64,000 nucleotides of DNA from Alphaproteobacteria bacterium. GTDB taxonomy: Bacteria; Pseudomonadota; Alphaproteobacteria; Rhizobiales; Rhizobiaceae. Below are positions 30,309 through 41,608 of this stretch, piece by piece. Position 1 is the first letter of the stretch. Each line of letters starts with the position of its first letter. The stretch spans positions 1,877-65,876 of the forward strand of contig JAJRQF010000054.1 in assembly GCA_024280375.1 (NCBI GenBank). Reading direction: 5' to 3'. The notes under the pieces are model-generated. The model did no database searches. It worked only from the letters and a program-made list of their open reading frames with translations, and was not told the DNA's origin. The position numbers and the translations under genes were made by a program.

Positions 30309-30331
30309 GACACTGCTCTCGCTATTGCCGC

Positions 30332-30724
30332 CTATTGTGCGACATCAGGCCTTTGGAAAACAATGCCGCAATTTTTCCTGATCGAGGCTTGCTCAATTGC
30401 ATCCATTTCACCTTTCAGCCGGGAAAGTTCAGCGGTTGAGGCATTGTCACCTTTCACAAAGAACACCGCCGGCCAGAACACCACCAGTGCAACACCGGTT
30501 GCCACCGCATCACTGGTCGCTTTCTTGTTTTGAATACCAGAAAGGTCTTGCACGCGAAATGAAACTCTTTCAGCTTCAGCACTCAACTGGCGGCAACTGA
30601 AATTTTGGAAATGCACCGGCGATACGTAGCTAGCATCAACCTGGTTGGCTTTTGTTGCGCAACCGGCAGATGTTGCCAATACTGCCATGAGCATCGGCGT
30701 AACGAGTTTGCTTGAATATTTCAT
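30332..30724 (-). CDS. Lipoprotein, unknown function
   Basis: Lipobox TSAGC. Start set at Met10. Confidence 0.55.
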   Translation of the reverse strand: MKYSSKLVTPMLMAVLATSAGCATKANQVDASYVSPVHFQNFSCRQLSAEAERVSFRVQDLSGIQNKKATSDAVATGVALVVFWPAVFFVKGDNASTAELSRLKGEMDAIEQASIRKNCGIVFQRPDVAQ

Positions 30725-30816
30725 TTTTAAGAATCCCCACTTAATTTTCAAAAATAATTACCAAAAATTTACAACCGTGAGAAGTAGGCCACACAGTTTA
30801 TTACAACCTGTGGCAA

Positions 30817-31611
30817 TTATACAGCAATCGGCGCTTTGATACTGGCATCAGCCTCATAACCTTGCAGCGAAAAATCTTCATATTTGAACGAGAAAATATC
30901 ACTCACGTTCGAGTTCATAACCATTTTAGGCAATGGTTTTGGCGCGCGACCAAGCTGCAATTTCGCCTGTTCAAAATGATTGGCATAAAGATGGGCATCG
31001 CCCAATGTCAAAATGAAATCACCCGGTTCAAGCCCACAAACCTGCGCCAGCATCATGGTCAGCAACGCATAGGAGGCAATGTTAAATGGCACGCCCAAAA
31101 ATATATCGGCCGAACGCTGGTAAAGCTGGCAGGAAAGTTTTCCATCCGCCACATAAAACTGAAACAGGCAATGGCACGGCGGCAGCGCCATATCATCCAC
31201 CTGCGCCGGGTTCCACGCAGAAACAATCAGCCGGCGCGAGTTCGGATTATTTTTGATCTGCTCAACAAGGTTGGAAATTTGATCAATGCTTTTACCATCC
31301 GGTGCCGGCCATGAGCGCCATTGATAGCCATATACCGGACCAAGATCACCGTTTTCATCGGCCCATTCGTCCCAAATCCTTACCCCGTTTTCCTTAAGAT
31401 AGCGGATATTGGTATCACCGCTTAAGAACCACAAAAGTTCGTGGATAATAGACTTTAAGTGCAATTTCTTGGTGGTTAAAACAGGAAAGCCTTGATCCAG
31501 CGCAAACCGCATTTGATGGCCAAATACCGAGCGTGTTCCAGTGCCGGTACGGTCGCCCCGATCGCTGCCCTCATTTTGAACCCGTGATAATAAATCCAGA
31601 TATTGCTGCAT
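30817..31611 (-). CDS. thyA: Thymidylate synthase (ThyA type)
   Basis: 264 aa with DRTGTGT and PPCH motifs and a C-terminal …APIAV. Confidence 0.97.
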   Translation of the reverse strand: MQQYLDLLSRVQNEGSDRGDRTGTGTRSVFGHQMRFALDQGFPVLTTKKLHLKSIIHELLWFLSGDTNIRYLKENGVRIWDEWADENGDLGPVYGYQWRSWPAPDGKSIDQISNLVEQIKNNPNSRRLIVSAWNPAQVDDMALPPCHCLFQFYVADGKLSCQLYQRSADIFLGVPFNIASYALLTMMLAQVCGLEPGDFILTLGDAHLYANHFEQAKLQLGRAPKPLPKMVMNSNVSDIFSFKYEDFSLQGYEADASIKAPIAV

Positions 31612-31680
31612 TGGCTGTCCCTGCCCGAATCGACAAAGGTAATTTTAACCGCAATTCAACAGGGCGCCAGCACCATCTTT

Positions 31681-32139
31681 TTATTTCAACACGTTTGGCC
31701 AGTTCTTGTTGGCCTTGGCAATATATCCCGGTCGATCTGTATTCCAGCGACTGCGCACGCCGAGCGAATTATTGAGATAGAGTTTGCCATCAACAATAGA
31801 CCAGGCCTCCGGCACGGTGGTCGCGGTCGAACCATAGCTCACCGCAAAGGCGCAATAGCCGCCATATTGGGGCGCATATTTATCTGGCATGGCCAGAAAT
31901 GTTTGCCGATTTGCATCGCTGGAGAAATGCCATTTAGCACCTTTCCAAAGGGCCGAAAATTCAGCTTTGCCTTCAACCGGCTTGTTTTTGGTAAAATAGG
32001 CAACCGGATCATATCCGTTGATCGCAATACCGGTAGAAGAATTGGCGTATATCTTGCGTTTTGCAGCAAACCCAAATGAGGGAAATGCGGCGCTGCCTGC
32101 TAATGCGGCAATTCCGATGATAAAAGTTCTGCGTTCCAT
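31681..32139 (-). CDS. YHS-domain periplasmic protein with Tat-type signal
   Basis: ERRTFIIG twin-arginine signal and the motifs GYDPVAYF…W.F…N….F and YGGYCAF. Start set at Met24. Confidence 0.75.
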   Translation of the reverse strand: MERRTFIIGIAALAGSAAFPSFGFAAKRKIYANSSTGIAINGYDPVAYFTKNKPVEGKAEFSALWKGAKWHFSSDANRQTFLAMPDKYAPQYGGYCAFAVSYGSTATTVPEAWSIVDGKLYLNNSLGVRSRWNTDRPGYIAKANKNWPNVLK

Positions 32140-32223
32140 GACCAAGCCTTCTGAGTGTTCATCAGATGCCATAATACATGAATTTCCCCTGTGCATTATC
32201 AAACCCAAACACAGCTGCGTGAA

Positions 32224-32254
32224 ACGAAAAAGCCGCCCGATCAGATCGGACGGC
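32224..32254 (-). terminator. Rho-independent terminator distal to the ald 3' repeats
   Basis: The minus strand reads AGCCGTCCGATC-TGATCGGGCGGCT followed by TTTTTCGTTTC. Confidence 0.65.
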
Positions 32255-32273
32255 TTGTATTAGATTAGTTTTA

Positions 32274-32424
32274 GCCGCGCCTCCCGAGCTTATCAATGGG
32301 CAGGCTGGGCAAAACCCATTGCCTGGAGTGAACCAAGGCTGCGAAGAGCAGCCCGGCGTAGCTCGCCGCGCCTCCCGAGCTTGTTGAGGGGGCAGGCCGG
32401 GCAAAGCCCATTGCCGTGAGTTAA
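32274..32424. repeat. Two ~59-bp direct repeats (period 91 bp) between the ald stop and its terminator
   Basis: Both 32274-32332 and 32365-32424 start GCCGCGCCTCCCGAGCTT and end …GGC-GGGCAAA-CCCATTGCC-G-AGT. Confidence 0.8.
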
Positions 32425-32425
32425 A

Positions 32426-33541
32426 TTATGCAGCTACCGCCTGTTTGGCATCGGTCATTTCATAGCCAAGTGCTTCGGCAACCGGTGCATTGGTAATGCG
32501 GCCACGATGCACATTTAAGCCATTGCGCAGATTTGGATCATCAATCAAGGCTTTCAGGCCTTTATTGGCAAGCGCCAAACCAAATGGCAAAGTTGCATTG
32601 TTAAGCGCATGGCTGGATGTCAGCGGCACAGCGCCCGGCATATTGGCAACACAGTAATGCACAATGCCATCAACCTCATAGGTCGGGTCTGCATGGGTGG
32701 TAGCTTTCGATGTTTCAAAACAGCCGCCCTGATCAATCGCCACATCGCACAACACTGCACCCGGTTTCATGCCGGAAAGCATTTCGCGGGTAACAAGTTT
32801 AGGGGCCGCCGCACCCGGTATCAGTACAGCACCGATAACCGCATCTGCAGAAAAGACCTCTTCATCGAGTGATTCAACCGTTGAATAACGTGTGTGAACC
32901 CGGCCATTAAACATCTCGTCAAGCTCGCGCAAACGCGGAATTGAGCGATCAAGAATGGTCACATCCGCACCAAGACCAACCGCCATACGGGCCGCATGGG
33001 TGCCAACAACACCGCCGCCAATGACGGTAATTTTTGCAGGCGCAACACCCGGCACACCACCAAGCAGAATACCGCGTCCGCCATTGGATTTTTGCAATGC
33101 GGTCGCAGCCGCCTGAATGGAAAGCCTGCCGGCAACCTCACTCATCGGTGCCAACAATGGCAAGCCGCCCTTGTTGTCGGTTACAGTTTCATAGGCAATT
33201 GCGGTGCAACCAGAAGCAACCAGACCCTTGGTCTGTTCCAAATCCGGTGCCAAATGCAAATAGGTGTAGAGAATTTGATCTTCGCGCAGTTGAACCCACT
33301 CAGAAGGCTGTGGCTCTTTTACTTTCACAATCATATCGGCTGAATCAAAAACCTCGGCTGCCGTGTCTAATATGGTTGCACCGACCGCCGCATAGGCATC
33401 ATTATCAGCGCCAATACCGACGCCTGCATTAGTTTCAACGAAAACATCGTGACCGTTTGCAACATATTCACGAACAGCGCCAGTTGTCAGACCAACCCGA
33501 TATTCATGATTTTTAATTTCCTTTGGCACACCAATACGCAT
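32426..33541 (-). CDS. ald: Alanine dehydrogenase
   Basis: [20 protein letters not shown]-terminus and the GGGVVG NAD-binding motif. 371 aa from Met26. Confidence 0.95.
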   Translation of the reverse strand: MRIGVPKEIKNHEYRVGLTTGAVREYVANGHDVFVETNAGVGIGADNDAYAAVGATILDTAAEVFDSADMIVKVKEPQPSEWVQLREDQILYTYLHLAPDLEQTKGLVASGCTAIAYETVTDNKGGLPLLAPMSEVAGRLSIQAAATALQKSNGGRGILLGGVPGVAPAKITVIGGGVVGTHAARMAVGLGADVTILDRSIPRLRELDEMFNGRVHTRYSTVESLDEEVFSADAVIGAVLIPGAAAPKLVTREMLSGMKPGAVLCDVAIDQGGCFETSKATTHADPTYEVDGIVHYCVANMPGAVPLTSSHALNNATLPFGLALANKGLKALIDDPNLRNGLNVHRGRITNAPVAEALGYEMTDAKQAVAA

Positions 33542-33744
33542 TTGATTTCTCCCAAAATTGCGGGGTTTTCTATTCCCGGCAATGCGATGCAAAAAAAGAA
33601 AGCCCCACCCCAACAATTGGCATGCGACAACTTGGCGAAATCATAATTAATTACTCGAAAAATGTCCTTGCAAAACACACTTCCATTGAATGAATTTTCA
33701 GTATATTATTGCAATTAATTACAATTCATTCGAGGATTATTGCA

Positions 33745-34230
33745 ATGTCTGAACTAGACGCGATTGATATCACCATACTAAGTGAGCTTCAAAGCGATGC
33801 ACGAATTGCCAATGTCACCCTGGCCGACCGCGCCGGACTATCGCCCTCCGCCTGTTCAAGGCGGCTGGATTCGCTGGAAAAGTCTGGCATTATCCGTGGC
33901 TATCACGCAAGGCTTTCATCACGCGCGCTTGGTCACCCGATTATTGTTATTGTCTATATGACGCTTGAGGGGCAATCGGTCGCCCACCTGACCGCGTTTG
34001 AGGAAGCGGTAAAAAAGTGCCCAAATGTGCTGATCTGCTATCTGATGTCGGGCACCAGCGACTATATTTTGCGCATCGCGGCGCGTGATCTGGCTGACTA
34101 TGAGCGCATCCACAAGGAATGGCTTTCCACCATGCCCGGAGTTGTGCGCATGACCTCGAGTTTCGCCCTGCGTGAGGTGATCAACCGCCCAAGCATTGAT
34201 ATTGAAATCAACCGACCGCCAAAAAAGTGA
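33745..34230 (+). CDS. lrp: Lrp/AsnC family transcriptional regulator
   Basis: LDAIDITILSELQSDARI HTH plus an AsnC-type ligand domain. Divergent from ald. Confidence 0.9.
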   Translation: MSELDAIDITILSELQSDARIANVTLADRAGLSPSACSRRLDSLEKSGIIRGYHARLSSRALGHPIIVIVYMTLEGQSVAHLTAFEEAVKKCPNVLICYLMSGTSDYILRIAARDLADYERIHKEWLSTMPGVVRMTSSFALREVINRPSIDIEINRPPKK

Positions 34231-34231
34231 A

Positions 34232-36520
34232 TTAATTCTTCCGGTGGCGCGACCACGGGCGGGCGTATTTTTGCAACGCGGTTCTAACTTCAATTATCGG
34301 CTTTGCATTTGCCGTATCAGGTTTTGAAATCGTAATGGCCACAGCGCCGCGCGATTGCAGCATGGATTTATCAACAATCAATTGCGGTGCAGTACACCAT
34401 TTGGGAACCGCCAGCCTTGTGACGATGATATCTACCTTGGCGCAGTCTTCGCGGAAAGCCAGTGGACGTTTGACAAAGCCAAGCACCAGATTGTTTGAAA
34501 TATTTGCAATACAGCCCAGTTCATCACACTTAAACACCTGCGATTTTTTCTGATCATTTTGCGCGTTGGGCGCAAAGGCCTTTCGCCAAATATTGGTTAT
34601 GAACTTTTCCTTGCGCGGGTTAAGCAAATGAAATTGCCCGTTTTTATCCACCACCGCGATGGACGAACCGGATTGAGAAATCAAAATATCCGGCGTGGCC
34701 GCATTGGAAAATGTGAGCGCAGACAGCACCACAAATGGAACCGCCATAAGCCGCAAAATCGACTTCAATTGCGTCGCGATAACCAGCGCAATGGTGCCAA
34801 ATGCGAGGCTTGAAAGCGGCATGAAGCCCGTATTGCCAAATTGCCCAATACCTGCCACCGCGATGGAAACCTTCACCACCTGATCAATCGCCATGCCCAT
34901 AAGCTCCAAAGGATAAGCCTCCAGCCCAAAAGGCATAAGTACCATTCCCGCAAGCGCCATTGGCATTACGCCAAGCGAGACCATTGGCATGGCCGCCAGA
35001 TTTGCCAACAGACCAAATGGCGCTACCCGGTGAAAATGATAGGCGGCAAAAAGCCCGGTCGCCAATCCTGCAACAATCGAGGTAACCGCTAATCCGCCGA
35101 TCGACTTGCTCATGTTGGCGACAACAGCCCAAAACCTGTTTGAGGATGGCTGATAGTGCCTGCCCCGTCGGAAGCGCGACCACGATTCATAAACCGCGAC
35201 CAAAGCTGCAACCGCTGCAAACGACATTTGAAAACTGGGGCTGACAATTGATTCCGGTCGCCACGCAAGCACCACAAGAGCAGCGAGCCCAACATTGCGC
35301 ATGGTCAGTGCCCGCCGGTCGCTCATAATCGCCAGCAACATAATGGCAATCATTATCCATGCCCGTTGGGTGGCAATACCCGCCCCTGAAATCAGCAAAT
35401 AAATGCTGGCAACCAAAAGTGCCGCCATTGCCGCCCATTTACGGATTGGATAATAAAGCGAAATGCCCGGCAACATCGCCAGCGACCCGCGCACCAGCAA
35501 AATGATTATGGCTGTCACCAGCGCCATATGCAGCCCGGATATTGCCAGAATATGTGCAAGGCCAGAACGACGAAGCGCCTCAACCGTATCATCACTGATC
35601 CCGCTTCGATCACCGACAATCAGAGCGGCTGCGAGGCTTCCGCTTTCGCCGGGCAACGCATCGCGAATACGCCCGCCAATCGCAGATCTGATATTGGCAA
35701 TTGAAAGCGACATGCGGGTTAACATCGGCAACTCACCCGAATATTCTACTCCCTTTGGGCTCCCGAGAAAAAACCCATTGGCGCCATTCTTTTTGTACCA
35801 GGATTGAAACGCAAAATCATATCCCCCCGGATAAGCAGGCCCCGATGGCGGCCTCAGCCGGGCCAGACCGGAAATTTGGCGGCCTATTTCAATCCGGGCA
35901 TGTTTTTTATGGGCGGTTACCCTGATTTTTTGCGGCACCCGGCCGCGGAATTTTTCAAATCCCTTGACCTCAATCGTATAGCGCTGGCGGCCATTGGCCC
36001 GCACCTCGCGGTTAAGCACAACACCGACCAATTTTACCTGAACCGGTGCGCTTATCATTATTGTATCGAGCACATCGCTGCGGATTTTACCCGCCGCCAT
36101 TCCGGCAAATACAAAACTTGCGACAAGCGCCAGATTGCCCGACATCACACCATAGCGTTTGATGGCAATCAAAATGCTCGCCACCAATGCCACCATTATG
36201 GCAATAAATAACGGTTCGCGCGGCAACGAAAAATAAGCCAAAGCCCCAAGACCAAAGGCAATCGGCAGCATTAGAAATTTAGTGCCGGTCTCGCTTTCAT
36301 ATCGCAATGCCTGATAAATACGGTGCGAAAGATGATAGCTGTTATGCCGGAGGAATGAAGGAAGCAGCGCACGTTTGAGCGATGGTAAAAATTTCAAACC
36401 GGGTGAAAGTTCCAAAAGCGACGTGGGCCGAGACGCCAGTTTATCCAACTCAGGCGCTTCCCCGCCGCTCTTTTCGACCGAATTATCTTTTGTAGAACTG
36501 TTTGAATTCAACCCGCTCAA
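34232..36520 (-). CDS. comEC: ComEC/Rec2 family competence membrane protein
   Basis: 762 aa, polytopic, with the core motifs GDRSGISDD…LRRSGLAHILAISGLHM. Confidence 0.85.
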   Translation of the reverse strand: MSGLNSNSSTKDNSVEKSGGEAPELDKLASRPTSLLELSPGLKFLPSLKRALLPSFLRHNSYHLSHRIYQALRYESETGTKFLMLPIAFGLGALAYFSLPREPLFIAIMVALVASILIAIKRYGVMSGNLALVASFVFAGMAAGKIRSDVLDTIMISAPVQVKLVGVVLNREVRANGRQRYTIEVKGFEKFRGRVPQKIRVTAHKKHARIEIGRQISGLARLRPPSGPAYPGGYDFAFQSWYKKNGANGFFLGSPKGVEYSGELPMLTRMSLSIANIRSAIGGRIRDALPGESGSLAAALIVGDRSGISDDTVEALRRSGLAHILAISGLHMALVTAIIILLVRGSLAMLPGISLYYPIRKWAAMAALLVASIYLLISGAGIATQRAWIMIAIMLLAIMSDRRALTMRNVGLAALVVLAWRPESIVSPSFQMSFAAVAALVAVYESWSRFRRGRHYQPSSNRFWAVVANMSKSIGGLAVTSIVAGLATGLFAAYHFHRVAPFGLLANLAAMPMVSLGVMPMALAGMVLMPFGLEAYPLELMGMAIDQVVKVSIAVAGIGQFGNTGFMPLSSLAFGTIALVIATQLKSILRLMAVPFVVLSALTFSNAATPDILISQSGSSIAVVDKNGQFHLLNPRKEKFITNIWRKAFAPNAQNDQKKSQVFKCDELGCIANISNNLVLGFVKRPLAFREDCAKVDIIVTRLAVPKWCTAPQLIVDKSMLQSRGAVAITISKPDTANAKPIIEVRTALQKYARPWSRHRKN

Positions 36521-36615
36521 AACACTAAACTCAATTTGCCCGCTTGCCTCACCCTCTCACTATGCTACATCAGCGCCGAATAAGCACCCCCACAACCTTT
36601 TGGAGCCTTACTGCA

Positions 36616-38079
36616 ATGACCAATGAAAACAGCACCGCATCGGCTCAAAAAAAGGTTATCACCCGCTTTGCCCCCTCGCCCACCGGTTTTTTGCATATTG
36701 GTGGTGCCAGAACCGCTTTGTTTAACTGGCTTTACGCCCGTGCCCACAATGGAAAAATGGTGCTTCGCATCGAAGATACCGATCGTGCGCGTTCATCAGA
36801 TGAAGCCATCGAGGCGATAAAAGACGGGTTGTCGTGGTTGGGGCTTGAGTGGGATGGCGAACCAATTTCCCAATTCGCCCGCGCCGCCCGCCATATGGAA
36901 GTGGCCGAAGAATTGGTAGCGAAAGGTCAGGCCTATCATTGCTATGCCACCAGGGAAGAACTTGTCGAAATGCGTGAGCAGGCGCAAAAGGAAAAGCGGC
37001 CACCGCGCTATGATGGCCGTTGGCGTGATCGCGATCCATCTGAAGCGCCTGTAGATGCGCCATACGTCATCCGCATAAAATCACCCAATGAGGGCGATAC
37101 AATTGTCGATGACAAGGTGCAGGGCATCGTGCGTTTTCCAAACAAAGACCTGGATGATTTTATTTTGCTGCGCTCCGATGGCACTCCAACCTATATGTTG
37201 GCCGTCGTAGTGGACGACCATGATATGGACATCTCCCATATTATTCGTGGCGACGATCACCTGACCAATGCCGCACGCCAAACCATCATTTCCAACGCAA
37301 TGGATTGGGACGTGCCGGTGATGAGCCACATTCCGCTTATTCACGGACCCGATGGTGCGAAATTATCAAAACGCCATGGCGCATTGGGTGTCGAAGCCTA
37401 CCGGGCCATGGGCTATCTGCCTGAGGCGCTGCGCAACTATCTGGTTCGGCTTGGCTGGGCCCACGGCGATGATGAATTTTTCACCGATGAACAAATGATT
37501 GAGTTGTTTAATCTGGAAGGAATTGGAAAATCAGCCTCACGCTTTGATTTCACCAAGCTGGAAAACATGAACGGCCATTATATTCGTGCAGCAAGCGACA
37601 AACGGCTGGTTACAGCAATTGAAGACATCCTTGGTGAAATTGAAGGCGGTGATTTTTACGCAAGCCGCATGACCGACGATATGCGCAACAAACTGACCAC
37701 TGCCATGCCCGGCTTAAAAGAGCGTGCAAAAACGCTCCTGCAATTGATTGATGGCGCGCGCTTCCTGTTTGAGGAAACCCCATTGCCAGTTGATGCAAAA
37801 GCCCTGAAAATTCTGGACAAGGACGAAGGGGCTGGAAGAGCAATTTTGAGCAAGCTTTATCCGGTGCTTTTCGCAACTGATGACTGGGAGCTGGAAACCA
37901 TTGAAACCGCGACCCGCGAATTTACCGAGCAGCAGGAATTGAAACTTGGCGCGGTCGCCCAGCCCTTAAGAGCTGCCCTAACGGGACGTACCACATCGCC
38001 AGGTGTCTTTGATGTGTTGGCAGTACTGGGGAAAACCGAATGCCTAAAACGCATTGAACAACAAATGGCAAAAGCCTGA
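36616..38079 (+). CDS. gltX: Glutamate--tRNA ligase
   Basis: [16 protein letters not shown] (HIGH) and KLSKRHG (KMSKS). Start set at Met25. Confidence 0.95.
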   Translation: MTNENSTASAQKKVITRFAPSPTGFLHIGGARTALFNWLYARAHNGKMVLRIEDTDRARSSDEAIEAIKDGLSWLGLEWDGEPISQFARAARHMEVAEELVAKGQAYHCYATREELVEMREQAQKEKRPPRYDGRWRDRDPSEAPVDAPYVIRIKSPNEGDTIVDDKVQGIVRFPNKDLDDFILLRSDGTPTYMLAVVVDDHDMDISHIIRGDDHLTNAARQTIISNAMDWDVPVMSHIPLIHGPDGAKLSKRHGALGVEAYRAMGYLPEALRNYLVRLGWAHGDDEFFTDEQMIELFNLEGIGKSASRFDFTKLENMNGHYIRAASDKRLVTAIEDILGEIEGGDFYASRMTDDMRNKLTTAMPGLKERAKTLLQLIDGARFLFEETPLPVDAKALKILDKDEGAGRAILSKLYPVLFATDDWELETIETATREFTEQQELKLGAVAQPLRAALTGRTTSPGVFDVLAVLGKTECLKRIEQQMAKA

Positions 38080-38251
38080 TTTTTCGAGGCTTTTCCACAT
38101 TTTTCAGCATTGTTCTTTCGGACAACTTGTAGTCAAAGGCCAAATCGGATAGCAAGGCACCATACAAATCGAAACAATTCGTTATCACCGTACCGGCTCC
38201 CAATAGCGCGCGCGGTTGTTAACGCACACCCATAAAAACAAAGGATTTGAT

Positions 38252-39541
38252 ATGGCTAAAGACAAAGCGACCCTTACGATCGGCGACGAGAGTTATGATT
38301 TTGACGTGTACTCCGCCTCGGTTGGCCCGGACGTTGTAGACATCAGCACATTATACAAAAACAGTCGTCGTTTCACCTATGATCCAGGCTTCACTTCAAC
38401 AGCGGCATGTGAAAGCAAGATTACATTTATCGATGGTGACGAAGGGATTTTGCTTTATCGAGGCTACCCAATTGAGCAATTGGCTGAAAAAGGTGATTTT
38501 CTGGAAACTTGCTACCTGTTGCTTTACGGGGATTTGCCCAACAAGGCTGAAAAGCAGGATTTCACCGACCGCGTGACCTATCACACCATGTTGCATGAAC
38601 AGATGGCAAAGCTTTATTCAGGCTTTCGCCGGGACGCACACCCAATGGCTGTCATGGTTGGAGTGGTTGGCGCTTTATCGGCATTTTATCACGATTCAAC
38701 CGACATTACAGACCCGCAGCAGCGGATGATCGCATCCCTGCGGATGATTGCCAAAATGCCAACGATTGCGGCAATGGCCTATAAATATCATATCGGTCAG
38801 CCGGTGATGTACCCGCGCAATGATCTCGATTATGCCGCTAACTTTTTGCATATGTGCTTTGCTGTTCCAGCAGAAGACTATCAGCCAAACCCGGTATTGG
38901 CCCGCGCCATGGACCGGATATTCACCCTCCATGCAGACCATGAACAAAATGCGTCGACCTCTACGGTTCGGCTTGCGGGCTCATCTGGCGCCAACCCATT
39001 TGCCTGCATCGCAGCTGGTATTGCCTGCCTTTGGGGACCGGCGCATGGTGGTGCCAATGAGGCCGCCCTTAATATGCTGCACGAAATCGGCACGCCAGAC
39101 CGGATACCCGAATTTATTGCAAGGGCAAAAGACAAGAACGATCCATTTCGCCTGATGGGCTTTGGTCACCGGGTTTACAAAAATTACGACCCGCGTGCCA
39201 AAATCATGCAACAAACAACCCATGAGGTTTTGGCTGAACTTGGAATAACCGATGACCCAATTCTGGATATTGCTCTTGAGCTTGAAAGAATTGCCCTGAC
39301 CGATGAGTATTTCATCAAGCGCGGGCTTTATCCAAATATCGATTTCTATTCCGGCATCACATTGAAGGCACTTGGCTTCCCGACCAGCATGTTCACCGTA
39401 CTGTTTTCGGTAGCCAGAACAGTTGGCTGGATCGCCCAATGGAAAGAGATGATTGAGGATCCCCATCAACGTATTGGTCGCCCTCGCCAACTTTATACCG
39501 GCGAAACCTCCAGAGATTATATACCGGTCAAAGATCGTTAA
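38252..39541 (+). CDS. gltA: Citrate synthase (type II)
   Basis: 429 aa from Met13, with an AAAGGA RBS and the motifs GPAHGGANE and MGFGHRVYK. Confidence 0.97.
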   Translation: MAKDKATLTIGDESYDFDVYSASVGPDVVDISTLYKNSRRFTYDPGFTSTAACESKITFIDGDEGILLYRGYPIEQLAEKGDFLETCYLLLYGDLPNKAEKQDFTDRVTYHTMLHEQMAKLYSGFRRDAHPMAVMVGVVGALSAFYHDSTDITDPQQRMIASLRMIAKMPTIAAMAYKYHIGQPVMYPRNDLDYAANFLHMCFAVPAEDYQPNPVLARAMDRIFTLHADHEQNASTSTVRLAGSSGANPFACIAAGIACLWGPAHGGANEAALNMLHEIGTPDRIPEFIARAKDKNDPFRLMGFGHRVYKNYDPRAKIMQQTTHEVLAELGITDDPILDIALELERIALTDEYFIKRGLYPNIDFYSGITLKALGFPTSMFTVLFSVARTVGWIAQWKEMIEDPHQRIGRPRQLYTGETSRDYIPVKDR

Positions 39542-39551
39542 ATTTTCGCCG

Positions 39552-40727
39552 TTATTTCTCTAAAAACCGAATGACAACATCAGCCGCCTTTTCACCGGGC
39601 GGCTGATCTGTTTGCATCTTTGACTTAATGTGCTTCATGCCTTCAATCTGCGCATTGCGCTCGGGGGAATCCCATAACAATCGCTCCACCTGCCGCGACA
39701 GGCGATCTGCTGTGACCTCGTGATTAAACTCTTCAGGAACCACCACATAATCTGCAATCAGGTTTGGCAAAGAGGCCGACCAGGTCGAGAAAAAATAACC
39801 CGCGAGCGGCCGCGCAATCGCATCAAGTTTGTACGACAGCACCATTGGAACACCTGCAAGCGCCAGTTCAAGCGATACGGTGCCAGAGGCCGCAAGTGCC
39901 GCCCTTGCATCGATAAATGCCGCCTTTTTTTCCTCAGCACCGCAGACAATCTTTGGCTTAATCGGCCAATCTGCAGTTTTCTCGGTGATCACCTCAACAA
40001 GATGGTTTACCGCCGGAATAACAACGCCAAATTCGGCTCCCCTGGCACGCATCATTTCAACAGTTTCACCAAAAACATCAATCAAACTGTCAACTTCGCC
40101 CCTTCTCGAACCGGGCAATACCAGCAATAAAGGTAACTGCCCGGCAGACGTACTTTCCTTCGGAATTGGTTTCCCAATAGAAAAGCCCTTCATCTCATCC
40201 ACCAACTTATGTCCCACATAAGTGGCGTCAGGACCGCCAAGCTCTTTCAATATCGACGGTTCAAACGACAACAGCGCTAAAACATGATCGACATAGGCAT
40301 TCATTTTGCGGGCACGGCCCTGCCGCCATGCCCAAACAGACGGGCAAACATAATTTATAATGGGCACATTCGGCAGTTTCTTGCGCACGCGCCTTGCAAC
40401 CGCATGGGTAAATTCCGGGCTGTCGATCAATATTACCAGATCTGGCGGTTCACTCACAATCGCATCAACGGTGTTGTAGACCCGCCGAATAATAGTTGGC
40501 AGCCGTTTAAGAACAGGCAAAATCCCCATAACGGCTATTTCAGAAATATCAAAAAGAGATTTGACGCCAAGCGCACCCATTGCATGCCCGGCAAGGCCAA
40601 CAGCCTCAATCTCAATATCACCAGACCGAGATTTAATTTCCAAAGCCGCAACAAGGTCAGCACCAAGCGCATCGCCAGATTCTTCGCCAATTACGAAAAA
40701 TATCTTTTTGGGGCTCGAATTATTCAA
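39552..40727 (-). CDS. lpxB: Lipid-A-disaccharide synthase
   Basis: KIFFVIGEESGD N-terminus, in the lpx cluster. Confidence 0.93.
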   Translation of the reverse strand: MNNSSPKKIFFVIGEESGDALGADLVAALEIKSRSGDIEIEAVGLAGHAMGALGVKSLFDISEIAVMGILPVLKRLPTIIRRVYNTVDAIVSEPPDLVILIDSPEFTHAVARRVRKKLPNVPIINYVCPSVWAWRQGRARKMNAYVDHVLALLSFEPSILKELGGPDATYVGHKLVDEMKGFSIGKPIPKESTSAGQLPLLLVLPGSRRGEVDSLIDVFGETVEMMRARGAEFGVVIPAVNHLVEVITEKTADWPIKPKIVCGAEEKKAAFIDARAALAASGTVSLELALAGVPMVLSYKLDAIARPLAGYFFSTWSASLPNLIADYVVVPEEFNHEVTADRLSRQVERLLWDSPERNAQIEGMKHIKSKMQTDQPPGEKAADVVIRFLEK

Positions 40728-40753
40728 ACATCCACCAATCTGATTTGAAATTT

Positions 40754-41581
40754 TTAGGCGCCATAGATAAATACGCCACTTTTGTTTGCACGCAATAAAG
40801 TTTCATCGCGCGAAATCATCAATGTCAAATTCGCTTCCACACCAATACCGGTTAGCCCTGCTTCGACAACTTTTTCAATAGAATTTGGCCCAATACTCGG
40901 CAGGTCGGCACGCAAATCCTGCCCCGGCTTGACGCATTTAATCAATACGCCACCTTTCTTTTTAGGCAGCCGGCCACCGGCGCGCAGAGCCGCAACCCGC
41001 TCAAGCATGGCATCAGTTCCCTCGACGCCCTCAAGCGCCACAATTCTCTTCTCAACAACAACAACCGCCTGCCCAACATCATATTGACCAAGCGCACGCG
41101 CAACATCAAAGCCCAGTTTTATACGTTCCAGATCACTGGCCGATGGTTTGTTTTTGGTGTTAGATCCAGCTTTTACAAGAAGTTCCGGAACCAGTTCATG
41201 AGCGCCACGCACAATGAACCCCTCCTCCCTGAATTTATTTATCACACCAACAAGAACAGCATTGTCACCCGACAACATCCAGCTCAAAGCTTGGGGGAGC
41301 GCAATAAATGCACCCAGGTCAAACTTCATCTCACTTAATGCCGGACGTCGGGCAACGCCTCCGGCAAGCGTCACATCACGAACATTCCTGGACCGAAGCA
41401 GTTTAAACATCCGGGAGATTTGGCCAAAATGAACATAATCATGATCAAATTTCTCGATTATAGGCTCCGCCTCACCGGAAATTCCCAAAATATAGATTTT
41501 TTTGCCAGAGCTTTCCAACTCATTTGCCAGTTCAACAGGCAGAGTTCCATTGCCAGCAATGATCGCAACTGTATTTTCCAT
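40754..41581 (-). CDS. lpxI: UDP-2,3-diacylglucosamine diphosphatase LpxI (DUF1009)
   Basis: Motifs IAGNGTLP, DVGQAVVV and DLPSIGP. Sits between lpxA and lpxB, as in alphaproteobacteria. Confidence 0.85.
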   Translation of the reverse strand: MENTVAIIAGNGTLPVELANELESSGKKIYILGISGEAEPIIEKFDHDYVHFGQISRMFKLLRSRNVRDVTLAGGVARRPALSEMKFDLGAFIALPQALSWMLSGDNAVLVGVINKFREEGFIVRGAHELVPELLVKAGSNTKNKPSASDLERIKLGFDVARALGQYDVGQAVVVVEKRIVALEGVEGTDAMLERVAALRAGGRLPKKKGGVLIKCVKPGQDLRADLPSIGPNSIEKVVEAGLTGIGVEANLTLMISRDETLLRANKSGVFIYGA

Positions 41582-41608
41582 CACGACCATATATTTCGCC
41601 AGCTCATA

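Noticed and set aside
30299-30310. 12-nt match (TAGGGTCAGGAC) to the MITE terminus inside the folA 5' end, considered as a solo TIR or excision footprint explaining the missing start codon
   Set aside because: Only the 12 terminal nucleotides match and similarity stops immediately beyond them. A chance match in 128 kb of two-strand sequence is unlikely but cannot be excluded. It is mentioned under the MITE finding, not called as a feature.
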